Shown: piece after piece, positions 19,884-29,229 of the stretch | Numbering within the stretch: the first letter of the stretch is position 1 | Layout: each line of letters starts with the position of its first letter | Assembly: GCA_963707445.1 (NCBI GenBank) | Contig: CAVPPW010000003.1 | Span: 8,673-72,672, forward strand | Direction of reading: 5' to 3' | Length of the DNA: 64,000 bases | Source: an uncultured beta proteobacterium | Lineage (GTDB): Bacteria > Pseudomonadota > Gammaproteobacteria > Burkholderiales > Burkholderiaceae_F | The notes under the pieces: model-generated | Databases searched by the model: none | What the model saw: only the letters and a program-made list of their open reading frames with translations | What the model was told of the DNA's origin: nothing | Made by a program: the position numbers and the translations under genes

Positions 19884-21261
19884 CTACTCCGTGATCGCCA
19901 GGATCGTTGCGGCGACTGCGCGCCGCCAGGCTGGGCCTACTTCTTGGCTTCCGATTTCTTCACTTCGCCCTTGCCACCCTTGCCGGCTTCGGGAGGCGCG
20001 CCCTTGGCCGTCCGCGCCCGGCGGCGGGCCGAGCGCGATCGGTGAACCACCGGGAATCGGAAAGATCTTTGCGGTGCCTTCGACGATCACCTTGTCGCCC
20101 GGCTTCAAGCCCGACTCGACGATCCATTGGTTCTGACCGTCGAACTCGACCCAATCGCCGACGGTCACCGGGCGAGGCAGCGCGACATCGCGGCCATCCT
20201 GCGACTTGCCCGGCACGTAGACGAACTTGCCCTGCGGGCTGTCCAGCACGGCGCGCTGCGGCACGACGATCGCGTCCGGCCGCTTCGCTCCCTGCAGCAC
20301 GACCCGCACGAACAATCCAGGCAGCAGCGCGTGATCGGGATTCGGGATCTCTGCCTGCGCGTCGAACGAACCGGTGCGCGGGTTGATTCGCGTATCGACG
20401 AAGTCCAGCTTTCCAGTCCGCGCAAAGGTGCTGCCGTCGGAAAGCCGGATCGAAACCGAATAGCCGTTCTTGCCGCCCTTCTCGCTCGAGGGCGCGGCGA
20501 GCTTGCCGGACGCGAGCAGCTGGTTCAGTCGCAGCTGCTCCTGCTCCGACACGCTGAACTTCACGTGAATCGGATCGACCTGCGACACCGTCGTCAGCAG
20601 GCTCTCGTCCCCCGGCGTAACCAGCGAGCCCTCGGACTTCTGCGCACGGCTGGCATAGCCGTTGACCGGTGAGCTGACCGTCGTGTAGCCGAGGTTCAGG
20701 CGCGCCTCGGTCAGGCGCGCCTGCGCCTGCTTGACCGCCGCCGCGCCGATTTCCTCGTTCGAGACGGCTTCGTCGTACTCGCGCCGGCTCAGCGCATTGC
20801 TGTCAGCGAGCGGTTTGACTCGATCGAAATTGCGTTTCACCTGGGCGTATTGCGCTTGCGCGCGGGCGAGATCGGCCTCGGCTGCCTGCAACTGAGCCGC
20901 GTAGGGGCGCGGGTCGATCACGAATAGCAGCTGTCCCGATTTGACGTAGCCGCCCTCCTGGTACGTGCGACGCTCGAGCACGCCTTGCACGCGCGCCCGC
21001 ACTTCTGCTTCCTTCGAACCGGCCGTCTGTCCTACATATTCGAACTGAATCGGCACCGTCACCGCCTTCACTTCCTGCACCGAAACGGCAGCCGGAGGAA
21101 AGCCGCCCTTCGGCGTCGTGCTCGTCGCCGCGGGCGCAGCCTGCGATGACCAATGCGGTGGCGATAAGACTGACGGCGAGCATGAGTCCGCGCAGCCAGG
21201 CTGCGCGCCGAACGGACGCGTCCAGGGCCGAGCGGCTTGCGGCGGTCTTGAGATCGGTCAT
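19884..21261 (-). pseudogene. RND efflux membrane-fusion (periplasmic adaptor) lipoprotein with one frame break; the C-terminus is uncertain
   Basis: The N-terminal lipoprotein signal (LMLAVSLIATALVIAGC) is in ORF 20803-21312 from ATG 21261. It joins ORF 19884-21080 near 21130 (..PKGGFPPAAVSVQEVKAV..). An alternative Lys-rich C-terminus ending at 19938 is possible. Confidence 0.85.
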
Positions 21262-21304
21262 GGGGAACTTCCGGCTAGGTCGAATCTCTATGTTCGGGCA
21301 TAAT

Positions 21305-21322
21305 ACATACATTCATGTATGT
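21305..21322. promoter_or_regulatory. Palindromic operator candidate in the divergent TetR/efflux promoter region
   Basis: ACATACAT-TC-ATGTATGT has perfect 8-bp arms. The half-site ATTCATGT is repeated at 21351-21358. This is an AT-rich 120-bp spacer. Confidence 0.55.
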
Positions 21323-21381
21323 TTCCACTTCAATTGTGATATTCATGTTTCATTTGTCTTTCAGCGGACCACGGGGCGGCG

Positions 21382-22032
21382 ATGGCGAGGCGCACTAAGG
21401 AAGAAGCACTGGAGACTCGCGAGCAGCTGCTCGACGCAGCGGAGCGGGTTTTCCTGGAGCGCGGGGTCGGCCATGCATCTCTCGCCGAAGTTGCCGACGC
21501 AGCGGGTGTGACCCGCGGCGCGATCTATCACCATTTCGACAGTAAGGCTGAGCTGTTCGAAGCCATGGTGGAACGCGCGGAAATGCCGATCGACGCAGCG
21601 TTCGAGTCCGCCGCTGCTTCCGACGACGACCCGCTCGATGCATTAGGCAAGCGGGCGCTCAACGCGCTGCTGCAGTTGGCTTCGTCGTCGCGCGTGCGCA
21701 GAGTCTTCGAGGTCGTATTTCTGCGCTGCGAGTACACCGACGAACTGGCGGCAGTGGAGCAGCGCCATCTGCGCGAGCGGGAGCAATGCCTGGGCCTGTG
21801 CGGCGGCCTGCTGGACAAAGCGGTCGAACTGGGTCAGTTGCCGCGCGACACCGATACGCGAATGGCGAGCCACCTGCTCTATGCACTCATCGGCGGGCTG
21901 ATGCGCGACTGGGTGCAGGCTCCCAAGAGCTTTGATCTGAAGGCTGCTGCGCCGCAGCTGATCACTCTGTTCATGGCCGGGCTGCGCGCCGCGCCACCCC
22001 GCAAGACGCGCGCCGATATCCGCCTCGTGTAA
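21382..22032 (+). CDS. TetR/AcrR-family repressor
   Basis: Supporting text: MARRTKEEALETREQLLDAAERVFLERGVGHASLAEVADAAGVTRGAIYHHF. It is divergent from the RND operon. Confidence 0.9.
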   Translation: MARRTKEEALETREQLLDAAERVFLERGVGHASLAEVADAAGVTRGAIYHHFDSKAELFEAMVERAEMPIDAAFESAAASDDDPLDALGKRALNALLQLASSSRVRRVFEVVFLRCEYTDELAAVEQRHLREREQCLGLCGGLLDKAVELGQLPRDTDTRMASHLLYALIGGLMRDWVQAPKSFDLKAAAPQLITLFMAGLRAAPPRKTRADIRLV

Positions 22033-22036
22033 ATAG

Positions 22037-22052
22037 TTGACGTTTACGTCAA
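22037..22052. promoter_or_regulatory. Inverted repeat TTGACGT-TT-ACGTCAA overlapping a possible -35 upstream of icmF
   Basis: The arms are perfect 7-bp repeats. TTGACG is followed 17 nt later by TAGCGT (22060-22065), a weak -10. Confidence 0.35.
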
Positions 22053-22149
22053 CGTCAGCTAGCGTAATTCCTCCCCGTGATTGCCTGCGGCACCGGCCCG
22101 CGAGGATGATTCGACCTCCGGCGACTGACCGCGCCGGCGAGGAGCGCGC

Positions 22150-25100
22150 ATGACCGACCTGTCGGAAATCAGGAAGCTCGCCAGCTACCGCCCGAAGCAC
22201 AAGGTCAGGTTCGTCACCGCGGCGTCGCTCTTCGACGGCCACGACGCCAGCATCAACATCATGCGGCGCATCCTGCAGGGCATGGGCGCCGAGGTGATTC
22301 ATCTCGGCCACAACCGCTCAGTCGAGGAGATCGTGACCGCGGCGCTGCAGGAAGACGTGCAGGGCATCGCGATGTCGAGCTACCAGGGCGGGCACGTCGA
22401 GTTCTTCAAGTACATGCTCGACCTGCTGCGCGAGCGCGGCGGCTCGAACATCCGCGTCTACGGCGGCGGCGGCGGCGTCATCGTGCCGAGCCGAGATCAA
22501 GGACCTGCACGACTACGGCGTCGCGCGCATCTTCTCGCCGGAGGACGGTCAGAAGATGGGCCTCGCGGGAATGATCGGCCTGATGGTCGCCGAGTGCGAC
22601 ACGACCTCGGCAAGGCCGCGCCGGCATCGCTGGATGTGCTGAAGGACAAGGACACGACGAAGCGCTGGCGCGCGCTGGCACAGCTGATCACCGCGCTCGA
22701 ACTCAACGAGACCGATCCGAAGCTCGTCGAAGCGCTGCACAAGCAGGCCGACACCGCGAAGGTCCCGGTGCTGGGAGTCACCGGCACCGGCGGCGCGGGC
22801 AAATCGAGCCTGACCGACGAACTCGTGCGCCGGCTGCGGCTCGACCAGGGCGACAAGCTCGACATCGCGGTGATCTCGATCGACCCGTCGCGCCGCAAGA
22901 GCGGCGGCGCGCTGCTCGGCGACCGCATCCGGATGAACGCGATCGGTCCGTGGGGCAACGGCGCGAAGGTCTACATGCGCTCGCTGGCGACGCGCGAGGC
23001 CGGCAGCGAGATCAGCGAGGCGCTGCCGCACGCGATCGCGGCCGCCAAGGTCGCCGGCTTCGACGTCGTCATCGTCGAAACCTCGGGCATCGGCCAGGGC
23101 GACGCGGCGATCGTGCCGCACGTCGACTCGAGCCTGTACGTGATGACGCCGGAGTACGGCGCCGCGAGCCAGCTCGAGAAGATCGACATGCTCGACTTCG
23201 CCGACTTCGTCGCGATCAACAAGTTCGACCGCAAGGGCGCGGCCGACGCGCTGCGCGACGTGTCAGAAGCAGGTGCAGCGGAACAAGGGCGACTTCGCGA
23301 AGAAGCCCGACGAGATGCCGGTGTTCGGCACGATGGCGTCGCGCTTCAACGACGACGGCGTCACTGCGCTCTATCAGGCGCTGCTGCCGCGGCTGCAGGA
23401 GCATGGGCTTGAAGACCGGCGACAGCATCCTGCCGAAGGTGACGACACGCCATTCGACCAACCAGACGCCGATCGTGCCGCCGCAGCGCACGCGCTACCT
23501 CGCGGAGATCTCCGACACGGTGCGCGGCTACAAGAAGCGCGCCCACGAGCAGGCGAAGCTCGCGCGCGAGATCCAGCAGTTGCGCGAAAGCGTGCGCATG
23601 CTGCACGAGGACGACCCGGAGCGCTCGGGTGCGAAAAAGACCGTCGAGCGGGTCGCCGAAGAGCGCGAAGCGAAGCAGGACAAGCGCAGCCGGAAGCTGC
23701 TCGACATGTGGCCGCAGATGCAGAAGGCCTATGCGGGCGACGAGTACGTCGTGAAGATTCGCGACCGCGAGCTGCGCACCAAGCTGACGACGACATCGCT
23801 GTCGGGCACCAAGATCCGCAAGGTCGCGTTGCCGCACTACGAGGACCACGGCGAGCTGCTGCGCTGGATGCTGCTGGAAAACGTTCCCGGCAGCTTTCCC
23901 TACACCGCGGGCGTGTTCGCGTTCAAGCGCGAGAACGAGGATCCGACGCGCATGTTCGCCGGCGAGGGCGATTCGTTCCGCACCAACAAGCGCTTCAAGC
24001 TGCTGTCCGAAGGGATGCCGGCCAAGCGGCTGTCGACCGCGTTCGACTCGGTGACGCTGTACGGCAACGATCCGGACCTGCGGCCGGACATCTACGGCAA
24101 GGTCGGCAACAGCGGCGTCAGCATCGCGACGCTCGACGACCTGAAGGTTCTCTACTCGGGCTTCGACCTGACCGCACCGAACACGTCGGTGTCGATGACG
24201 ATCAACGGCCCGGCGCCGACGATCCTCGCGATGTTCATGAACACCGCGATCGACCAGAACCTCGACAAGTTCCGCGCCGACAACAATCGCGAGCCGACCG
24301 ACGACGAGGCCGCGAAGATCCGCGCAGTGGGTGCTCGAGAACGTGCGCGGCACCGTGCAGGCCGACATCCTCAAGGAAGACCAGGGCCAGAACACCTGCA
24401 TCTTCTCGACCGAGTTCTCGCTGAAGGTGATGGGCGACATCCAGGAGTACTTCGTCCACCACAACGTGCGGAATTTCTATTCGGTCTCGATCAGCGGCTA
24501 TCACATCGCCGAGGCCGGCGCGAACCCGATCAGCCAGCTCGCGTTCACGCTGTCCAACGGCTTCACGTTCGTCGAGGCGTATCTCGCGCGCGGCATGCAC
24601 ATCGACGACTTCGCGCCGAACCTGAGCTTCTTCTTCAGCAACGGCATGGACCCCGAGTACACGGTGATGGGCCGCGTCGCGCGGCGCATCTGGGCGGTGG
24701 CGATGCGCGACAAGTACGGTGCCAACGAGCGCAGCGCAGAAGCTGAAGTACCACTGCCAGACCAGCGGCCGCTCGTTGCACGCGCAGGAGATCCAGTTCA
24801 ACGACATCCGCACGACGCTGCAGGCGCTGATCGCGACCTACGACAACGCGAATTCACTGCATACCAACGCGTTCGACGAGGCGATCACGACGCCGACCGA
24901 AGACAGCGTGCGGCGCGCGATGGCGATCCAGATGATCATCAACCGCGAATGGGGCCTGGCGAAGAACGAGAACCCGAACCAGGGCAGCTTCATCATCGAC
25001 GAGCTGACCGAGCTGGTCGAGGAAGCGGTGCTGAAGGAGTTCGAATCGATCAGCGAGCGCGGCGGCGTGCTCGGCGCGATGGAGCTTGGCTACCAGCGCG

Positions 25101-25448
25101 GCAAGATCCAGGAAGAGTCACTGCACTACGAACACCTGAAGCACACCGGCGAGTACCCGATCATCGGCGTCAACACCTTCCGCAACCCGCACGGCGAGAC
25201 GGTGCCCGATCACATCGAGCTGGCGCGCTCGACCGAGGAGGAGAAGCAGAGCCAGCTGAAGCGCCTGCAGGACTTCCAGAAGCGCCACGCCAAGGAAGCG
25301 CCGAAGATGCTGAAGCGGCTGCAGCAGGCCGTGATCCGCAACGAAAACGTGTTCGCGGTGCTGATGGACGCGGTGCGCGTGTGCTCGTTGGGGCAGATTA
25401 CGAATGCGCTGTTTGAGGTTGGCGGGCAGTACCGGCAGAAGCATGTAG
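22150..25448 (+). pseudogene. icmF: Fused isobutyryl-CoA mutase (B12-binding domain + MeaB-like GTPase + mutase domain) with about seven frame breaks
   Basis: The B12 domain reads [22 protein letters not shown]. The P-loop is [13 protein letters not shown]. The mutase part reads FPYTAGVFAFKRENEDPTRMFAGEG ... [17 protein letters not shown] ... [22 protein letters not shown]. Pieces lie in ORFs 22150-, 23273-, 22950-, 24331- and 24719-. The breaks are near 22486, 22598, 23262, 23408, 24325, 24735 and 25440. Confidence 0.9.
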
Positions 25449-25605
25449 CGCAAACGTGCACTTTGAGTCGTAGATACAAGACGTCTAACCGCGGTGAGCC
25501 GTGGACTGCGTTGTCGCAAGTCGGTCTAACTCAAACGCTGCGGTCGCCTACTCGCGCTGCCCCGCTTCCAACGCGGCTTCGGTTCGCGCCGTTCCGCGAC
25601 GTCGC

Positions 25606-25866
25606 TTACACGAAGGCAGGGATCATGCGCGACGAAGGCGCGACACGGTTGCATTGCAAGGGTGCCTCGTAGAGCGTGCTGACCAGCGCAGGTGGTGACG
25701 CCAGCCGCGTTGCAAAGGTTCCGGCGTTGGCCTTCAAGCGCTGATGCAGAAACAGGAGCAGCGCAAACAATGTTCCCCCCGGCAAGAGCAGCTCCACCAG
25801 GACATAGGGGCCGACCTTGGCACCGAATCGACGCAGCAACTCAAAAAGGTCGATGACGAATTGCAT
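25606..25866 (-). CDS. Small membrane protein (86 aa), hypothetical
   Basis: ATG at 25866 has GGGAG 6 nt upstream. The sequence starts [44 protein letters not shown]. Confidence 0.45.
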   Translation of the reverse strand: MQFVIDLFELLRRFGAKVGPYVLVELLLPGGTLFALLLFLHQRLKANAGTFATRLASPPALVSTLYEAPLQCNRVAPSSRMIPAFV

Positions 25867-25891
25867 GTGCGGCTCCCGTCTGAAGTGTGGC

Positions 25892-25907
25892 GGCCCGAAT
25901 TCGGGCC
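25892..25907. promoter_or_regulatory. Perfect 16-bp palindrome in a divergent spacer
   Basis: GGCCCGAATTCGGGCC lies 26 nt upstream of the small membrane gene start. Confidence 0.3.
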
Positions 25908-26103
25908 CTTGAACACACGTCGAACGGGGTGCCGCGAAATCGACACGATCTCCGACTCGCCGGCTACGGACGAAATCCGACATCACGTCGTGGTCGTAGC
26001 GAGTTCAATGCCGCGATGGGGATCCCCTTAATTCAACTGTCGGACCAAGGCCCGCCGCTTGCGTATCGGTAAGTCACTGGAGTACGAACCGAACGGAACC
26101 GGC

Positions 26104-27009
26104 ATGCGTTACTTCGCCCAAAATGCTGCCAAGGCGCTTCGCTATCCCGGCGCGTTCGCGCTCGCGATCCTGAAGCAGTTCCGCGCCAACCAGGGGCTGC
26201 TGCTCGCGGGCGCAGTGGCGTACTACGCACTGCTGTCGCTGGTCCCTCTGCTGATCCTCGTCGTGCTCGCGCTGACTCACATCTTCGAGGAAGCCGAAGT
26301 CCTGGCGACGGTCGGTGCGAGTCTCGAGTTCGTCGTGCCTGGGCAGTCGGACGCGCTTGTCGGCGAGCTTCGCGCGTTCCTGGCGCACCGCGAGGCGGTG
26401 GGGTCGCTGCTGCTGGTCATGATGCTGTTCTTCAGCAGCCTCGCCTTCACCGTGCTCGAGAACGCGATGTCGGTGATCTTCTTTCATCGCGTCGCCGTCC
26501 GCCGCCGCCACTTCCTGGTGTCGGCGGTGATGCCGTACCTTTTCATCCTGTCGCTGGCAGTTGGCCTGCTGCTCATCACGCTGGTCGCCGGCGCACTGGA
26601 GCAGCTGGCGACACGGACCGTGGTGATCCTCGGTCGTCCGCAGCTGCTGGACGTGTTCTCCTCCGAACTGCTGTATCTGATCGGTGTGGTGGGCGAGATC
26701 TTCCTGCTGACGGCCGTGTACCTCGTGATGCCGGTCGGCCGGCTGTCGTTCCGGCACGCGCTGATTGGCGGCACTGCCGCGGCGCTTCTGTGGGAGATCA
26801 CGCGCCACGTCCTGGTCTGGTACTTCTCGACGATCTCGCAGATCCAGCTCGTCTATGGATCGCTGACGACGGCGATTGCAGTCTTGCTGAGCGTCGAGGT
26901 TGGCGCGATCGTGCTCTTGTTCGGCGCTCAGGTGATCGCTGAATACGAGCGCATCGGCTACGAGCCGATCGCGCAGCAGCCGGCGCCGATGAAGGCGAAC
27001 AAGGCTTGA
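26104..27009 (+). CDS. YihY/BrkB-family membrane protein
   Basis: ATG at 26104. Supporting text: FRANQGLLLAGAVAYYALLSLVPLLILVV...LENAMSVIF...YGSLTTAIAVLLSVEVGAIVLLFGAQV. Confidence 0.88.
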   Translation: MRYFAQNAAKALRYPGAFALAILKQFRANQGLLLAGAVAYYALLSLVPLLILVVLALTHIFEEAEVLATVGASLEFVVPGQSDALVGELRAFLAHREAVGSLLLVMMLFFSSLAFTVLENAMSVIFFHRVAVRRRHFLVSAVMPYLFILSLAVGLLLITLVAGALEQLATRTVVILGRPQLLDVFSSELLYLIGVVGEIFLLTAVYLVMPVGRLSFRHALIGGTAAALLWEITRHVLVWYFSTISQIQLVYGSLTTAIAVLLSVEVGAIVLLFGAQVIAEYERIGYEPIAQQPAPMKANKA

Positions 27010-27033
27010 GCACGCCTCGCCCGGCAGCCGTAG

Positions 27034-27069
27034 TCCGATCCGCGGTGCTTCCGCGCACCGCGGATCGGA
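27034..27069. terminator. Strong hairpin between convergent genes
   Basis: TCCGATCCGCGGTGC-ttccgc-GCACCGCGGATCGGA has perfect 15-bp arms. The flanking T/A tracts are poor. Confidence 0.55.
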
Positions 27070-27092
27070 GCTTCCGGTTTCATCGCGACTCC

Positions 27093-27299
27093 TTATGCGG
27101 CGCGCATCGCCACAACGGCGTGCGCGTCGACTTCGGCGGCCATCACGCGAGGCTGGGCAGCCTCGTCGATGTCCACGAAATACGCCTCGGGATGGCGCGC
27201 GACGAACTCGGCGGCGACGTTGAAGACCACCACCGCGAACATTGCGAACATCACGAGCGCGTAGAAGAAGTCGTTCTTCGCTTCGCGCTTGAGGTACAT
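27093..27299 (-). CDS. Small single-TM protein (68 aa), hypothetical
   Basis: ATG at 27299 has AGGAGA 6 nt upstream. The sequence starts MYLKREAKNDFFYALVMFAMFAVVVFNVAAEFV. Confidence 0.5.
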   Translation of the reverse strand: MYLKREAKNDFFYALVMFAMFAVVVFNVAAEFVARHPEAYFVDIDEAAQPRVMAAEVDAHAVVAMRAA

Positions 27300-27323
27300 G
27301 ACATTCTCCTGACGTTTACAGAC

Positions 27324-27362
27324 CAAACAAAAAGCCCGGAGGCGTTCGACGCGATCCGGGCT
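27324..27362 (-). terminator. Intrinsic terminator or attenuator directly upstream of the 68-aa gene
   Basis: On the minus strand, AGCCCGGA-(14 nt)-TCCGGGCT is followed by TTTTGTTTG. The U-tract ends about 11 nt before the AGGAGA Shine-Dalgarno and 24 nt before the ATG (27299) of the next gene. Confidence 0.65.
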
Positions 27363-27380
27363 TTGGTTCAGCCGGTCCAG

Positions 27381-27545
27381 CTAACTGCCTGGACCTCCGC
27401 CCGGATCATGGGCCTGCATGGAGCGGCTAGACCGCGCGCCGGCCAGCGACGCGGCCCCGGCATGCCATTGGGGCTGCCGGCGCACGCACTCAACAGCGAA
27501 CTGCATTCGCTGCAGAGGCATGAATGTGCCGATCGCGTCGCTCAT
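27381..27545 (-). CDS. Possible 54-codon ORF, below the ORF-track cutoff
   Basis: ATG at 27545 is preceded by GGAGAGAG at 7-nt spacing. The third-position G+C is high and it ends 19 nt before the terminator. The sequence is MSDAIGTFMPLQRMQFAVECVRRQPQWHAGAASLAGARSSRSMQAHDPGGGPGS. Confidence 0.3.
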   Translation of the reverse strand: MSDAIGTFMPLQRMQFAVECVRRQPQWHAGAASLAGARSSRSMQAHDPGGGPGS

Positions 27546-27677
27546 CTCAGAACTCTCTCCATTGCCGGCGCAATTGCCGGTGCGCGAATCTTAGGGACGC
27601 ACATTGAGCTCAGCAATAACTTTCATGCGTTCGCCGCGTTACAAACGTAACGCACGTCGCGCGGCCGTCGCTGTCGT

Positions 27678-28232
27678 TCACGCTGTCGTCGCAGCGTGGT
27701 TCTGCCGAAACGGATCTCTGGCGGCTCCTTCCACGGTCGCGACATGTTGCTTCAGTAATAGATCACCGTAAAAGAGCCGCGCAACCACGGAGGCTTCGCC
27801 GAGGGCAAGCAGTTCGATACCGCCGTCTCGAATCCCCAGTGTTGCGCTGGTCACATTGGCCGAGAGAGCCAGCGCCAGTACAAGTTCGGGCAGCGTGATG
27901 TTTGGCGCGTCGGTGTTCAGAACCAAGTGGGAGGTCGACGCGAAGCTGTGCTGATCAAGCCGAATGATCGAAGGCGGATCCAGCGCCAGCAAGCTGCGCT
28001 GCATGGCGTCGCGCACGGCTCCGACTGTGGCCCAGCCTCGAGCGAGCCACGTGAACACATCGATGTCCAGCGTCGGGTTCAACTCGGCTGCAGCGCGCTC
28101 GGCAGTCACGCCACGCAGCAGATCCGCAACGCTCGAAACGGCCGACACTTCTTTCGCCTGCTCGGCCCACGCCTTCTCAATGTCGTCGCCCGACACTGTG
28201 ATCGGAGTGTCCAGCTTGAGGCGATCAAGCAT
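27678..28232 (-). CDS. Hypothetical cytoplasmic protein (184 aa), translationally coupled to the PASTA protein
   Basis: The ATG at 28232 overlaps the upstream stop (ATGCTTGA, 8-nt overlap). The sequence starts MLDRLKLDTPITVSGDDIEKAWAEQAKEV. It has no TM segment and I do not recognise a family. Confidence 0.6.
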   Translation of the reverse strand: MLDRLKLDTPITVSGDDIEKAWAEQAKEVSAVSSVADLLRGVTAERAAAELNPTLDIDVFTWLARGWATVGAVRDAMQRSLLALDPPSIIRLDQHSFASTSHLVLNTDAPNITLPELVLALALSANVTSATLGIRDGGIELLALGEASVVARLFYGDLLLKQHVATVEGAARDPFRQNHAATTA

Positions 28233-29229
28233 GATGGGCGCTCGAATACTCGTCCGAGGTCTCTTGCAGGTCAGCTGGGCCGGCAAATTCGACTCGAACC
28301 TCGCCCGCGTCGAAATGAGCGGCAAATCGGAAGTCGTCGGCAGTCACGGAGATCGCCGCTGGTGCAAAGCTGGACTCCGCCGAGTCGACTTGCGGCTCGA
28401 TCGCGCGCGCTCGCAGCCAACGGATCAACATCCCCCCGATTGCAAGGACGATGAGGGTCGCGGCCCCGATGATTAGCCCGGGCGGCGCAACCGGACGTCG
28501 ATCGTTAGCTGCAGGCGCAGTCGCGCTCTGTGCTGGCGCCGGTTCGGAGAGTGTCGACGCGGTGGCAAGCGATCCGTCCGACACGTCCAATGTGACGGTC
28601 GCTCCAGGCGAAATGGCGGAGCCCGCGTCAGGATGCTGCGCGAGCACCGTGCCGCTGGCCGCCGCACTGGGGACCAGAACGCGCTGAATTTTGAACTCGG
28701 CTAGCGCGTTCCCGGCAGCGGCATCGGTGCGATCGACCACGTTCGGCAATTCAAACGTCTCCGCCACCGCGGGGCCGGCGGACACGGTCAACACGATCGC
28801 GCTGCCCGCAGCGGCGCGTGTCGACGCCTTCGGCACTTGTTCGATCACTCGGCCGACAGGCGCCGAACTGTACTGCTCATGCCTTTCGGCTTTAAAGCGA
28901 CCCAGGCGTGCCTGCGCGTCGTTGATCGGTATGCCGGTTACGTTGGGGACCTGCAGCAGCTCGTCCGACTTTGGCGCGGCCCGACGTGGAGGGTCGCCTT
29001 GTCGGGTACCTGGAGCAGTTTTGCCGCCTCGAGATCCTTTTTCGACGATCGCGGCGCCTTTGGCCGCCTTGTCGACGATCGGCGCCGGGTCGCGACAGGC
29101 GCCTGTCGCACGAGCAAAGAGGGCCTCGTCTGATGAAAGCGTGCTGCAAGGGGGCGTTTGCGCGGTCGCCGCCGGCAGCTGTACCGCCAGCAGCAATAGG
29201 CCGAATTTAAGAAAATGATCCATTCTCAT
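28225..29229 (-). CDS. Exported membrane-anchored protein with two PASTA domains and a short cytoplasmic tail
   Basis: The signal peptide is MRMDHFLKFGLLLLAVQLPAATAQ. There are two PASTA-like modules (LQVPNVTGIPINDAQARLGRF...GSAIVLTVSAG and FELPNVVDRTDAAAGNALAEF...GATVTLDVSDG). The TM segment is PGLIIGAATLIVLAIGGMLIRWL, followed by a tail of about 70 aa. The start is at 29229 or 29223. Confidence 0.7.
   Translation of the reverse strand: MRMDHFLKFGLLLLAVQLPAATAQTPPCSTLSSDEALFARATGACRDPAPIVDKAAKGAAIVEKGSRGGKTAPGTRQGDPPRRAAPKSDELLQVPNVTGIPINDAQARLGRFKAERHEQYSSAPVGRVIEQVPKASTRAAAGSAIVLTVSAGPAVAETFELPNVVDRTDAAAGNALAEFKIQRVLVPSAAASGTVLAQHPDAGSAISPGATVTLDVSDGSLATASTLSEPAPAQSATAPAANDRRPVAPPGLIIGAATLIVLAIGGMLIRWLRARAIEPQVDSAESSFAPAAISVTADDFRFAAHFDAGEVRVEFAGPADLQETSDEYSSAHHA

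Noticed and set aside
19938-20040. An alternative Lys-rich C-terminus (..AKGAPPEAGKGGKGEVKKSEAKK*) for the membrane-fusion protein, ending at 19938 and implying one more frame break.
   Set aside because: It is plausible, but I cannot decide between it and the ORF as called, which ends at 19884 with an ACGGAG Shine-Dalgarno for the pump gene. I leave it as a note rather than a feature.
25449-25605. The spacer after icmF, with two GTCTAAC copies, considered as a possible repeat or small RNA.
   Set aside because: The repeat is short (7 nt), no flanking structure or terminator was seen, and it is indistinguishable from chance.
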